A program made the position numbers and the translations under genes. Shown in pieces: positions 27,875-35,935 of a DNA stretch of 64,000 nt. Every line of letters starts with the position of its first letter. Position 1 is the stretch's first letter. Source of the DNA: an uncultured Lentisphaerales bacterium (lineage in GTDB: Bacteria; Verrucomicrobiota; Kiritimatiellia; RFP12; JAAYLN01); assembly GCA_964599645.1 (NCBI GenBank), contig CAZRGQ010000003.1:17565-81564 (forward strand). Direction: 5' to 3'. Under the pieces are notes generated by a model. That model saw only the letters and a program-made list of their open reading frames with translations. It did not search any database and had not been told where the DNA came from.

Positions 27875-28894
27875 TCAGTACCAGTCGGTATTGAAACGGA
27901 CGTCTTCAATTGTCCGGCCATAGGGATCGAGAACGCCGGCAAAGCTGACAGGCTGGCCGGATGGGCCGCTGGTAGGCTGCTTGAAGACCATGATATAGTT
28001 GCGGTAGTAATCTTTACCGATGACTTCGCAACGTGGAATGGAGTCGAGCGCTGAGAGTGCAAAGGTGTTGACGTTGCCAAGACCGAAGCAGAAGAGGCGG
28101 TACTTGAGCTTCCCGGCCGCGATCAGGGCGTCAATATCCATCAATTTGTCGTCTGCTGAGAGTTCAAGGTCACAGCCGAGGGTGCGGTAAATTGAGGCGG
28201 CCTTGAGCGGGTGGAGCATTACCACGGGAGAGCCGGCTTTGAGCGTCGCCTTGTAGAAGGCGCTCCTGTCGGCACGGAATCCCGGGCCGGTATTGTCCAG
28301 CGGTGTGCCGTCCTCATGTTCGGCAAAACCGAAGAGGGCAGACTGGCCAGCGGTATAGTTGTGCATCATGTAGTCGGAGATGCCGGCATTCTTGAATTTG
28401 GTGACATCACTGGCAGAGAGATAGTAGACACCCAATTTTTTATAGAGATCACTCGTGGTGCCGTTGTTGTTTTTGCGTTGCTGTACCAGATCCTGATCGG
28501 TGGTATCCGGCCCGGCGCCTGTGGCATCGCTGATCTGCACGACACTCTTGGGGCCTTGATAGATACCGGGGATGACATACTGTTCCCCATTTTCAACATC
28601 AGCCACTTTGGTCCAGTCGTAGGTACCGGGGGTGCCGGTCCAGTTGCCATTGTTAGAGACGTCGAGCAACGACTCCATTTTGTTGAAGATGCCGGTGGTT
28701 GTATCGCTGGCGATGACGTAGGTGTGAGCCGAGCGTGTCAGCAGTTGCATGTTTGAGATGTTGACCCGTTTGGCGGCTTTGGCGCGCAAGTCGCCAAATT
28801 TGCCGAGGGCGATTGAGGCGACGATGGCCAGAATGGCGATAACCAGAATCAGCTCCACCAGTGTGAAGCCACGACGTGATGCTCTATGTTCCAT
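27875..28894 (-). CDS. pilin/pseudopilin-like protein (prepilin-type N-terminus)
   Basis: MEHRASRRGFTLVELILVIAILAIVASIALGKF. The ORF-track start (28948) extends beyond the class III signal peptide. Confidence 0.7.
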   Translation of the reverse strand: MEHRASRRGFTLVELILVIAILAIVASIALGKFGDLRAKAAKRVNISNMQLLTRSAHTYVIASDTTTGIFNKMESLLDVSNNGNWTGTPGTYDWTKVADVENGEQYVIPGIYQGPKSVVQISDATGAGPDTTDQDLVQQRKNNNGTTSDLYKKLGVYYLSASDVTKFKNAGISDYMMHNYTAGQSALFGFAEHEDGTPLDNTGPGFRADRSAFYKATLKAGSPVVMLHPLKAASIYRTLGCDLELSADDKLMDIDALIAAGKLKYRLFCFGLGNVNTFALSALDSIPRCEVIGKDYYRNYIMVFKQPTSGPSGQPVSFAGVLDPYGRTIEDVRFNTDWY

Positions 28895-29024
28895 TGTTTC
28901 TCCCGACTGCTTAATGCCACTCCACCATTTGGCACCCTTGTGCCACATCAGTAGCAGCGCTTCACCTCTTATTAACGCAGTGGCGGGTAGGGAGGTTCAT
29001 TAAGGGGCGCATCCATTAGCAAGG

Positions 29025-29051
29025 GGATGATTGGCTGAGAAGGGCGTGTGG
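29025..29051. repeat. short dispersed repeat, copy 2 (GGATGATTGGCTGAGAAGGGCGTGTGG)
   Basis: Exact 27-bp match to 12528..12555. Followed here by the hairpin CGTGTG-GTGGCT-CACACG. Confidence 0.6.
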
Positions 29052-29099
29052 TGGCTCACACGAAGGCACGAAGCCACAAAGGCGGGTTGGGATTTTTAA

Positions 29100-29470
29100 C
29101 CACGAATGAGAGCTGTGGGCTGATGAGATTGTAAGTTGTGAGCTGTGAGTTGTAAGCTGTGGGCGCAAAGGCGAGCCGCAGGGGCGCAGCTTATGCCTCC
29201 GCTGTGGCCAGGACGGCTTACAGCTTACGGCTCACCACTCACGCGCCGCAGGCGCAACGCCTCCGATATCGAAAGAATCGCGGGAATCAAGGAAGTCGAA
29301 GGAATCGATTCGCTCGACTCAATCGATTCGATCAATTCAATCGAAACGGCGCAGCGGGGTGGGGCGGGGTGCCCCACCCCCGGCGGCAGAGGAGTGTCGC
29401 CCTCCACGGCGCGCTGCGGAGAGCGCGCCCTACCTTGGCTGACGCGCTGCGGCGCGCTGCTTGCGGATGC
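29100..29470. repeat. composite GC-rich intergenic repeat element. Modules: heptamer microsatellite (TGTRAGY)5 at 29130-29164; degenerate 9-bp tandem GAATCGATT-like x8 at 29266-29348; hairpin CGGCGGCAGAGG…TGTCGCCCTCCA; box GCGGAGAGCGCGCCCTACCTTGG; GGCTGACGCGCTGCGGCG
   Basis: Each module recurs at other loci (41079, 47251, 47441, 47384, 63219, 63511, 13960, 47355, 63210). Read directly from sequence. Confidence 0.6.
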
Positions 29471-29503
29471 GATTCAACTTGGTTGAATCCACCATATTCA
29501 AGA
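29471..29503. promoter_or_regulatory. perfect palindrome GATTCAAC-TTG-GTTGAATC plus conserved downstream box CACCATATTCAAGA, ~55 bp upstream of nagA-like gene; candidate operator
   Basis: Identical 19-bp palindrome and near-identical box (CACCGTATTCAGAA) recur at 35040..35073 upstream of wzm. Confidence 0.4.
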
Positions 29504-29556
29504 GCGGTTGTTTGTGGTAGACTCTACACATTCACTTACCAATTTTGGGAGAGTTC

Positions 29557-30756
29557 ATGACTTTGGATCTCTTGATAGACCGGGCGACGGTAGTTCTCGA
29601 AGGGCGCCTCTGGCCTGAGGCGGCGGTTGAAATCGCTGCCGGGCGCATCGTGCGCATCAGACCGGCGGGGCGGCCGGCCGACTTGCCCGATGAACGTTAT
29701 TTTGACGCTGCCGGCGCCTTTCTGGCGCCCGGCTTCATCGATCTCCATATCCACGGCGTACACAACCACCTGGTTGATAATGGACCGGAGGAGGTGGCGG
29801 CGATCGCGGCGATTCTGCCGCAGTATGGCGTTACCGGCTTTCTGCCGACTGTCTGCCTTCTGCCGGCCGGTGAGGATGTTGTCCAGTTGCAGCAGCTTAC
29901 CAGAGGAGCCGCCGGCCCGGGGGCCGGGGTGCTCGGCTTCCACCTTGAGGGACCCTTTCTCAAGCTGACCGGCGCGATTGCGCCGGAGGCTCTGGGTGCG
30001 CCCGATCCCAAACGGGTCGAGGCGCTGATCGCCGCCGCTGCTCCCTGGCCGGTGATCTTCAGCATCTCGCCCGAGATGCCGGAGATCGAGTCGTTGATCG
30101 CCATTATGGCCCACAGCGGCGCGCCTGTCTTCATGACTCATACGCAGGCCTCGGTAGCCGAGACGCAACGTGCCATCGCCGCCGGTGCCTGCCATGCCAC
30201 CCACTTCTACGACGTCTTTCCCGTGCCGCCCGTGACCGAGGGGGGCGTGCGTCCCTGTGGCACGGTCGAGGCGATTCTGGCCGCGCCCAACGTCTCGGTC
30301 GACTTCATTCTCGACGGTGTCCACGTCGATCCCGTCGCGCTACAGATGGCGCTGCAGTGCAAAGGTCCCGACCGCGTCTGCCTGATTACCGATGCGATGG
30401 TGGGCACCGGTCTGCCGCCGGGGCGCTTCGTCTTCGGCGGACGGGAAGTTGAGTTTGCCGCGCCGGGTCTGCCGGCCCGTCTCGTAGGTTGCGTCAACCG
30501 CCCCGGTGGCGGTCTGGCCGGCAGCGGCCTGACGATGAATCTGGCGGTGCGCAACGCTGTGGAGCTGGCGGGGCTGGAGCTGCCGCTGGCGGTACGGCTG
30601 GCCAGCGCCAACCCGGCACAGGTCTTGCGCCGCAACCATCGCAAAGGCTCGATCAAGCCGGGATTCGATGCCGATCTCACACTCTTCGACCAGAACTATC
30701 AGATCCGCCATACCTGGGTGGCGGGCAAATCGGTTTACCAAGGAACAGAACAATGA
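29557..30756 (+). CDS. nagA: N-acetylglucosamine-6-phosphate deacetylase-like amidohydrolase
   Basis: 399 aa. GFIDLHIHG metal-binding HxH motif, overall amidohydrolase fold pattern. SD-like GGGAGAG upstream. The TTG start at 29545 in the ORF track is less likely. Confidence 0.7.
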   Translation: MTLDLLIDRATVVLEGRLWPEAAVEIAAGRIVRIRPAGRPADLPDERYFDAAGAFLAPGFIDLHIHGVHNHLVDNGPEEVAAIAAILPQYGVTGFLPTVCLLPAGEDVVQLQQLTRGAAGPGAGVLGFHLEGPFLKLTGAIAPEALGAPDPKRVEALIAAAAPWPVIFSISPEMPEIESLIAIMAHSGAPVFMTHTQASVAETQRAIAAGACHATHFYDVFPVPPVTEGGVRPCGTVEAILAAPNVSVDFILDGVHVDPVALQMALQCKGPDRVCLITDAMVGTGLPPGRFVFGGREVEFAAPGLPARLVGCVNRPGGGLAGSGLTMNLAVRNAVELAGLELPLAVRLASANPAQVLRRNHRKGSIKPGFDADLTLFDQNYQIRHTWVAGKSVYQGTEQ

Positions 30757-32081
30757 ACAATGCAAAGAGACTGCTGGCCGGTTGTGCAACCGCCGATATC
30801 ACCCCGATCGACTCACAATTCCTCTTCGGCTACCCGCATGTGCCGCGCTGGAGCACCGGCGTACACGATCCGCTCACGAGCAGCGCGCTGGCTCTCGACA
30901 ACGGCACCACGCGCCTCCTGATCGTCGCCAACGACATCCTCTACGTACAGAAGTGGATCGTCGCCAGCGCCCGGCAACGTATCGCCGCAGCCACCGGCAC
31001 ACCGCCAACCAATATCCTGATCACCGCCACCCACACCCACTCGGGGCCGGTGGTGCAGGATCGCGGTCCCGGCAGCTACTCCGACGTCGTGCCCGACGCC
31101 GACCGCGCCTACCTCAAACTGCTGGAGGATGGTATCGTCGAGGCCGGTATCGCCGCCTGCAAAAACCTGCGTCCGGCCGAAGCCGGCCTCGCTCTGGCCA
31201 CCGTCTCCGGCATCGGCACCAACCGCCGCGATCCGGCCGGTCCGGCCGATCCCGAAATCCCCGTCTTTGCCGTGCGCGACCCCGCCACCAAGGAGCTTTT
31301 CGGCATTATGGAGCTCTATGCCATGCACCCAACGGTGATGCACGAAGACTCCACCCTCGTCTCCGGCGACTTCCCCGCCATGGCGCGCCGCTACCTGCAG
31401 CAGCAGCTCGGCCCCATCCCGGTGCTGCACCACATGGGAGCTGCCGGCAACCAGAGCCCGCGCCACTGCGTCAGGGGACAGACCTTTGACGAGGCGATCC
31501 GGCTCGGCACGATCATGGGGCAGGCGATCGAGGAGGCCTTGACGCGGATCGAATATCGCAGCTATCTCGATCTGGGGGTGGTCGCCACGACCCTGGAATA
31601 TCCGCTGCGCCAACTCCCCCCGGTGGCCGAAGCGGCCGCCAAGGAGGAGGCCGTGCGTGCCAAGCTGGCCCGGCAGCAGAGCGATGGGACCCCGCGCGCC
31701 GTGGTGCGCACCACCGAGTGCGACCTCTTCGGAGCCGAAGCCAGTCATGCTCTGGCCCGCTCGCAGGAGAGCGGGCGGATCGCTGCGGCGCTGGCCAACT
31801 GCATGCCGGCCGAGGTTCAGGTGCTGGCGATCGGACCGTGGCGCTACGTCGCCTGGCAGGGCGAGGTCTTTATCGAGCACGCCCTGGCGTTGCGCCGGAC
31901 CAACCCCGACATCTTCGTCTGCACCTGCGCCAACGGCACCATGGCCGGCTATATCACAACGCAGGAGGCGGTCGACGAGGGTGGCTATGAGGCCTCCACC
32001 TCGCTCTTCAAGCCGGAGAGCGGCGACCTGCTGGTGGCGGAGTCGCTCAAGCTGCTCGCACAACTCACCGCCTTTGCCTGA
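30753..32081 (+). CDS. neutral/alkaline ceramidase-like hydrolase (putative)
   Basis: 442 aa from the ATG overlapping the nagA stop (ATGA). N-terminal pattern LAGCATADITP…LFGY…S.GVHDPL…ALAL resembles the ceramidase N-terminal domain. The long GC-rich N-terminal extension in the ORF track (from 30489) is rejected. Confidence 0.4.
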   Translation: MNNAKRLLAGCATADITPIDSQFLFGYPHVPRWSTGVHDPLTSSALALDNGTTRLLIVANDILYVQKWIVASARQRIAAATGTPPTNILITATHTHSGPVVQDRGPGSYSDVVPDADRAYLKLLEDGIVEAGIAACKNLRPAEAGLALATVSGIGTNRRDPAGPADPEIPVFAVRDPATKELFGIMELYAMHPTVMHEDSTLVSGDFPAMARRYLQQQLGPIPVLHHMGAAGNQSPRHCVRGQTFDEAIRLGTIMGQAIEEALTRIEYRSYLDLGVVATTLEYPLRQLPPVAEAAAKEEAVRAKLARQQSDGTPRAVVRTTECDLFGAEASHALARSQESGRIAAALANCMPAEVQVLAIGPWRYVAWQGEVFIEHALALRRTNPDIFVCTCANGTMAGYITTQEAVDEGGYEASTSLFKPESGDLLVAESLKLLAQLTAFA

Positions 32082-32092
32082 CACCTTCGGCC

Positions 32093-33421
32093 ATGCGCTA
32101 CATCCTGGGAATCGACCTCGGCACCAGCTACTTCAAGGTAGGGCTCTTCGACGCCGGCCTGGAGTTGCGCGGTCTGGGGCGCGTGGCCGTGCCGACGCTG
32201 GTGGCGGGTGAACGCCGCGAGGTGGCCGTCGACGCCTTCTGGGACGCCCTGCGGCAGGGGCTGACTGAGGCCTGCAGTGGCGCCGGGGCCAAACCGGCTG
32301 CCATTGGCGGGCTCTCGTGGTCGTCGCAGGCCAACTCCTTCCTGCTGCTGGATGGCGCCGGGCAGGAGTTGACACCGCTGATCCTCTGGACCGACAACCG
32401 GGTGCCGGAGCTGCCGGAGGCGGTGCAACAACTGGCCGCCCGCAGCGATTTCACCGCTGTCACCGGCAGCGGCGCCGGTCTGGGACGCGGTTCGGCCGTG
32501 ACCAAACTCGTCTGGCTGCGCGCACAAGATCCGGCCCTCTGGCGGCGCACCGCCCGCATCTTGACGATCTCCGACTACCTCGCCTACAGCCTCACCGGCC
32601 GCCTGCAGGGCGATGCTGGCACCGCCTCGCTGCTCGGTGTGATGGATCAGCGCCAACTCTGCTGGTGGCCCGAGGCGTTGCAGACCCTCGGCCTCAGCCT
32701 GACGCACTTCGTCACCCCGTTGCGTCCCGGCACCCCGCTCGGTTCCATCCCGGCCGCAGGCTGCGCCCGGCTCGAACTGGCACCCGGTACGCAGGTCGCC
32801 GCCGGTTCGCTCGACCACCACGCGGCGGCGCTCGGCGCCGGACTCGGCGAGGTTGCCCCCGTCAGCGAATCGACCGGCACCGTCCTCGCCTGCATCGGCC
32901 AGACGGACGAATACCGGCCCCGCAGCGGGGTCTGCTACCTGCCCGGCACGACACCCGGCAGCTATGCGCTCCTCGTCTACAGCAACAACGGTGCCGGTGT
33001 GCTGGAGTGGTACCAGCGTACCCACGCGCCCGCCATCTCCTTCCGCGAGCTCGATCGTCTGGCGGCGCTTGTGCCGCCCGACTGCGACGGCCTGACGGCC
33101 CGGCCGCAGGCGCATCTGGCAGCGGGGCTCAGCGGCTTTGTTGGCCGGCGTCCCGCACATGGCCCCGGCCACTACGCCCGCGCCATCATGACCTCGGTGA
33201 GCGACACCCTCGGCGAACTGCTGGAGCAGCTCGCGCCCGGCAATCCGCCAACCCGGCTGGTCGCCACCGGTGGCGGCGCCCACAGCCCCTTCTGGCTCGA
33301 CCTCAAGCGCCAGCGCCTCGGTGTCGATATCCAACCTGCCGCCACCCCTGAACCGGCCTGCCGCGGTGCGGCCCGCCTCTACGCCTTGAGCCGCCCGGCC
33401 GCCGCTCTGCAAAGTGACTGA
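32093..33421 (+). CDS. FGGY-family carbohydrate kinase (xylulokinase/glycerol kinase-like)
   Basis: MRYILGIDLGTSYFKVGLFD N-terminal actin-fold phosphate-1 motif. Length 442 aa. C-terminal ATGGGA adenosine motif. Confidence 0.75.
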   Translation: MRYILGIDLGTSYFKVGLFDAGLELRGLGRVAVPTLVAGERREVAVDAFWDALRQGLTEACSGAGAKPAAIGGLSWSSQANSFLLLDGAGQELTPLILWTDNRVPELPEAVQQLAARSDFTAVTGSGAGLGRGSAVTKLVWLRAQDPALWRRTARILTISDYLAYSLTGRLQGDAGTASLLGVMDQRQLCWWPEALQTLGLSLTHFVTPLRPGTPLGSIPAAGCARLELAPGTQVAAGSLDHHAAALGAGLGEVAPVSESTGTVLACIGQTDEYRPRSGVCYLPGTTPGSYALLVYSNNGAGVLEWYQRTHAPAISFRELDRLAALVPPDCDGLTARPQAHLAAGLSGFVGRRPAHGPGHYARAIMTSVSDTLGELLEQLAPGNPPTRLVATGGGAHSPFWLDLKRQRLGVDIQPAATPEPACRGAARLYALSRPAAALQSD

Positions 33422-33462
33422 GTGATGAAATTTGCAACCCGATTCGACTTGAGAGGAGTACC

Positions 33463-33981
33463 ATGAAGCAGAGTAACACGCCGCTGGTCGGCATCGTGAT
33501 GGGCAGCGACTCCGATTGGCCCCTGGTACAGCGGGGCGCCGCGCTGCTGCGTGAATTCGACGTCCCCTTTGAGGCCCGCGTGCTCTCGGCCCATCGCACA
33601 CCGGCTGCGGCCACAGAGTATGCCGCCACGGCAGCCGGGCGCGGCTTGCAGGTGATCATTGCCGCCGCCGGCGGCGCAGCGCACCTCGGCGGTGTGCTGG
33701 CCGCCCATACCACCCTGCCGGTGCTCGGTATCCCGGTAGCCGGCGGCGCGCTCAACGGGCTCGATGCCCTTCTGGCAATCGTCCAGATGCCGGCGGGTAT
33801 TCCTGTCGGCACAGTTACGCTCGGCTCGGCCGGTCCGGTGAATGCGGCGTTGCTGGCAGTCCAGATCCTCGCCCTGAGCGATCAGGAGCTGCGGGCACGG
33901 CTGGTCGCCTATAAGGCCGAGATGCAGCGCAAAGTCGAGGCAGCCGACGGTCGCGTCGCGGCTGAGGCGGCCACGCTCTAG
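33463..33981 (+). CDS. purE: N5-carboxyaminoimidazole ribonucleotide mutase
   Basis: 172 aa. VGIVMGSDSDWP, IIAAAGGAAHLGGVLAAHTTLPVLGIPV signature regions. SD GAGAGGAG upstream. Confidence 0.9.
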   Translation: MKQSNTPLVGIVMGSDSDWPLVQRGAALLREFDVPFEARVLSAHRTPAAATEYAATAAGRGLQVIIAAAGGAAHLGGVLAAHTTLPVLGIPVAGGALNGLDALLAIVQMPAGIPVGTVTLGSAGPVNAALLAVQILALSDQELRARLVAYKAEMQRKVEAADGRVAAEAATL

Positions 33982-33990
33982 CCGCGTACC

Positions 33991-35055
33991 ATGCCCCTCT
34001 GCCGCATTACGCCTGCCAACCGTGAGGCTCTGCTCGCCAGAGCTGCCGACATTTTGCAGCGTGGCGGCGTGGTCGTGCTTCCCACCGATACCGTCTATGG
34101 CATCGCGGTCCATCCCGACCGCCTCGGGGCGCTGCAGCGTCTGCAACAGATCAAGGGACGCCCTGCCGACAAGCCGATAGCGCTGCTGGCGGCCGATGCC
34201 GCTGCCATCAGAGCCATGGGCGGGCATCTGCCGCCCGCCGCCCGCCGCCTGGCGCGCGCCTTCTGGCCCGGCGCCCTGACGCTGGTGCTGGAGTGCCACG
34301 GCGGGCGTGAAGGCTTCCGGGTGCCGGACCACCCCCTGACGCGAGAGCTGCTGAGCGCCGTCGGTGGGCTGCTGCGCGTCAGCAGCGCCAATCTGGCCGG
34401 CGCTGCCGAGACGCTGACAGCCGGCGCAGCGGCCGCAGTGCTGGGCGGGCAGGTCGACCTGATTTTAGATGATGGTCCTGCCCCCGGCGGCAAGCCGAGC
34501 AGCGTGGTAGAGGTTGTCGGCACGGAGTGGCATCTCTTGCGTCACGGCGCCATTGCACCGGCAACACTCGAACGTGCCGCCGCCGGGGTGGCCGCAGAGC
34601 CGCCGCGCCTGCTGCTCTTTGTCTGTACCGGCAACACCTGCCGCAGTCCGATGGCCGCCGCGCTGCTGCAGGCGACCCTGCCATGCAACAGCGGCTGGCA
34701 GGTGGCTTCGGCCGGCGTGGCTGCCGTTGAGGGTCTGCCTGCCACGAACGAGGCGCAACATGCCGTGGCCGCGTTGGGGGCCTCGCTCCAGACTCATCGC
34801 AGCCGCCGCGTTACGCCGGCGCTGCTGGAACGGGCCACGCTGGTGGTTGTCATGAGTCGCAACCAGCTCGAGGCGCTGCGCAGCCGCTATCCCGGCTGCA
34901 GCAGCAAACTCTCCCTGCTGGGCAGCTACGCCACACCGCCCGGCGGTGACGAGATTCACGACCCGATCGGCGGCACTCTGCACGACTACATCGCCTGCCG
35001 CGACACCATCGCCGCCGCTCTCCCCGGCCTGCGGGGTGCGATTCAACTTGGTTGA
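33991..35055 (+). CDS. fusion protein: L-threonylcarbamoyladenylate synthase (Sua5/YrdC/TsaC domain) plus low-molecular-weight protein-tyrosine/arginine phosphatase domain
   Basis: N-terminal YrdC motifs (VVVLPTDTVYGIAV…KGRPADKPIALL). C-terminal LMW-PTP P-loop LLFVCTGNTCRSPMAAALL (C-x5-R) and DP loop (HDPIGG). Confidence 0.75.
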   Translation: MPLCRITPANREALLARAADILQRGGVVVLPTDTVYGIAVHPDRLGALQRLQQIKGRPADKPIALLAADAAAIRAMGGHLPPAARRLARAFWPGALTLVLECHGGREGFRVPDHPLTRELLSAVGGLLRVSSANLAGAAETLTAGAAAAVLGGQVDLILDDGPAPGGKPSSVVEVVGTEWHLLRHGAIAPATLERAAAGVAAEPPRLLLFVCTGNTCRSPMAAALLQATLPCNSGWQVASAGVAAVEGLPATNEAQHAVAALGASLQTHRSRRVTPALLERATLVVVMSRNQLEALRSRYPGCSSKLSLLGSYATPPGGDEIHDPIGGTLHDYIACRDTIAAALPGLRGAIQLG

Positions 35056-35073
35056 ATCGCACCGTATTCAGAA
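35036..35073. promoter_or_regulatory. 27-bp perfect palindrome GTGCGATTCAAC-TTG-GTTGAATCGCAC overlapping the stop codon of the Sua5-PTP gene, followed by box CACCGTATTCAGAA, ~65 bp upstream of wzm; candidate operator and/or terminator
   Basis: Core 19 bp identical to 29471..29489. Read directly. Confidence 0.4.
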
Positions 35074-35125
35074 TCGATGGTTCCTGCTTTACCCACGGCT
35101 CTTAATCGGTTAAATTCATAACCAT

Positions 35126-35935
35126 ATGGCTACTGCCTTCCAAGAGTTGACTGCCCACACCGACCTGATCTCCAACCTGGTAATCCGTGATCTCAAAACG
35201 CGCTACCGCGGTTCGGTGCTCGGCTTTCTCTGGACCATCCTCAACCCGCTCTTCATGGCGGCGATCTATATCTTCTTTCTGCGTCTGCTCTCGCGCGGCA
35301 TCGCCAACCAGTACGAGAATATCATCATCGGCGTCTTTGCCTGGCAATACACCGTCCACTGCGTCAACAGCGGACTCAACTCCATCACCGCCAATGCCTC
35401 ACTCGTCAAGAAGGTCGCCTTCCCCCGCGCGATCCTGCCATTTGCCTCCTCTCTCTCCGGGTTGGTCAACTTCTGGCTCACCCTGCTGGTGCAGTGGGTC
35501 CTGCTGGCGCTGCTGCTCTGGTTTAACCGGGGCGAACATCTCCCCTGGACCACCCTGCTGGTGCCGTTTTTCACTCTCTATCACCTCCTCTTCGGCTACT
35601 CGCTGGCGCTCTTTCTCGCTGCGGCCAACGTCTATTTCCGCGACACAGAGCATATTGTGGGCCTCCTCTTGAGCGCCTGGTTCTTTATGAGCCCCGTCAT
35701 GTATCCGCTTGAGATGGTAAGTCAGGTCGCGGCCGGGCACCCCTGGATCGCTTCGCTCTATATGCTCAACCCGCTGACCAGCCTCCTCACGGTCTACCGT
35801 CTCTTGCAGGTGCCGGGCACGACCTTCCCCTGGAGCTGGCCGGCGGCCATCGGCCTGCTGCTGCCGCTGCTCCTCTTCGCCGCCGCCAGCGCCACCTTCA
35901 AACGCGCTCAGCGCAACTTTGCCGACCACCTATGA
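35126..35935 (+). CDS. wzm: ABC-2 type polysaccharide/O-antigen export permease (Wzm/TagG/KpsM family)
   Basis: 269 aa, 6 predicted TM segments. N-terminal LISNLVIRDLKTRYRGSVLGFLW motif characteristic of ABC-2 permeases. 4-nt overlap with the following ATPase gene. Confidence 0.75.
   Translation: MATAFQELTAHTDLISNLVIRDLKTRYRGSVLGFLWTILNPLFMAAIYIFFLRLLSRGIANQYENIIIGVFAWQYTVHCVNSGLNSITANASLVKKVAFPRAILPFASSLSGLVNFWLTLLVQWVLLALLLWFNRGEHLPWTTLLVPFFTLYHLLFGYSLALFLAAANVYFRDTEHIVGLLLSAWFFMSPVMYPLEMVSQVAAGHPWIASLYMLNPLTSLLTVYRLLQVPGTTFPWSWPAAIGLLLPLLLFAAASATFKRAQRNFADHL

Noticed and set aside
29545-29556. TTG start for the nagA-like gene as given by the ORF track (MGEF…)
   Set aside because: The ATG at 29557 is preceded by GGGAGAG and yields the conserved N-terminus. 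The TTG extension adds only four residues with no SD.
30489-30752. 88-codon Gly/Arg-rich N-terminal extension of the ceramidase-like ORF
   Set aside because: It lies wholly inside the nagA-like gene in another frame. The ATG at 30753 overlaps the nagA stop (ATGA coupling) and starts the conserved domain.
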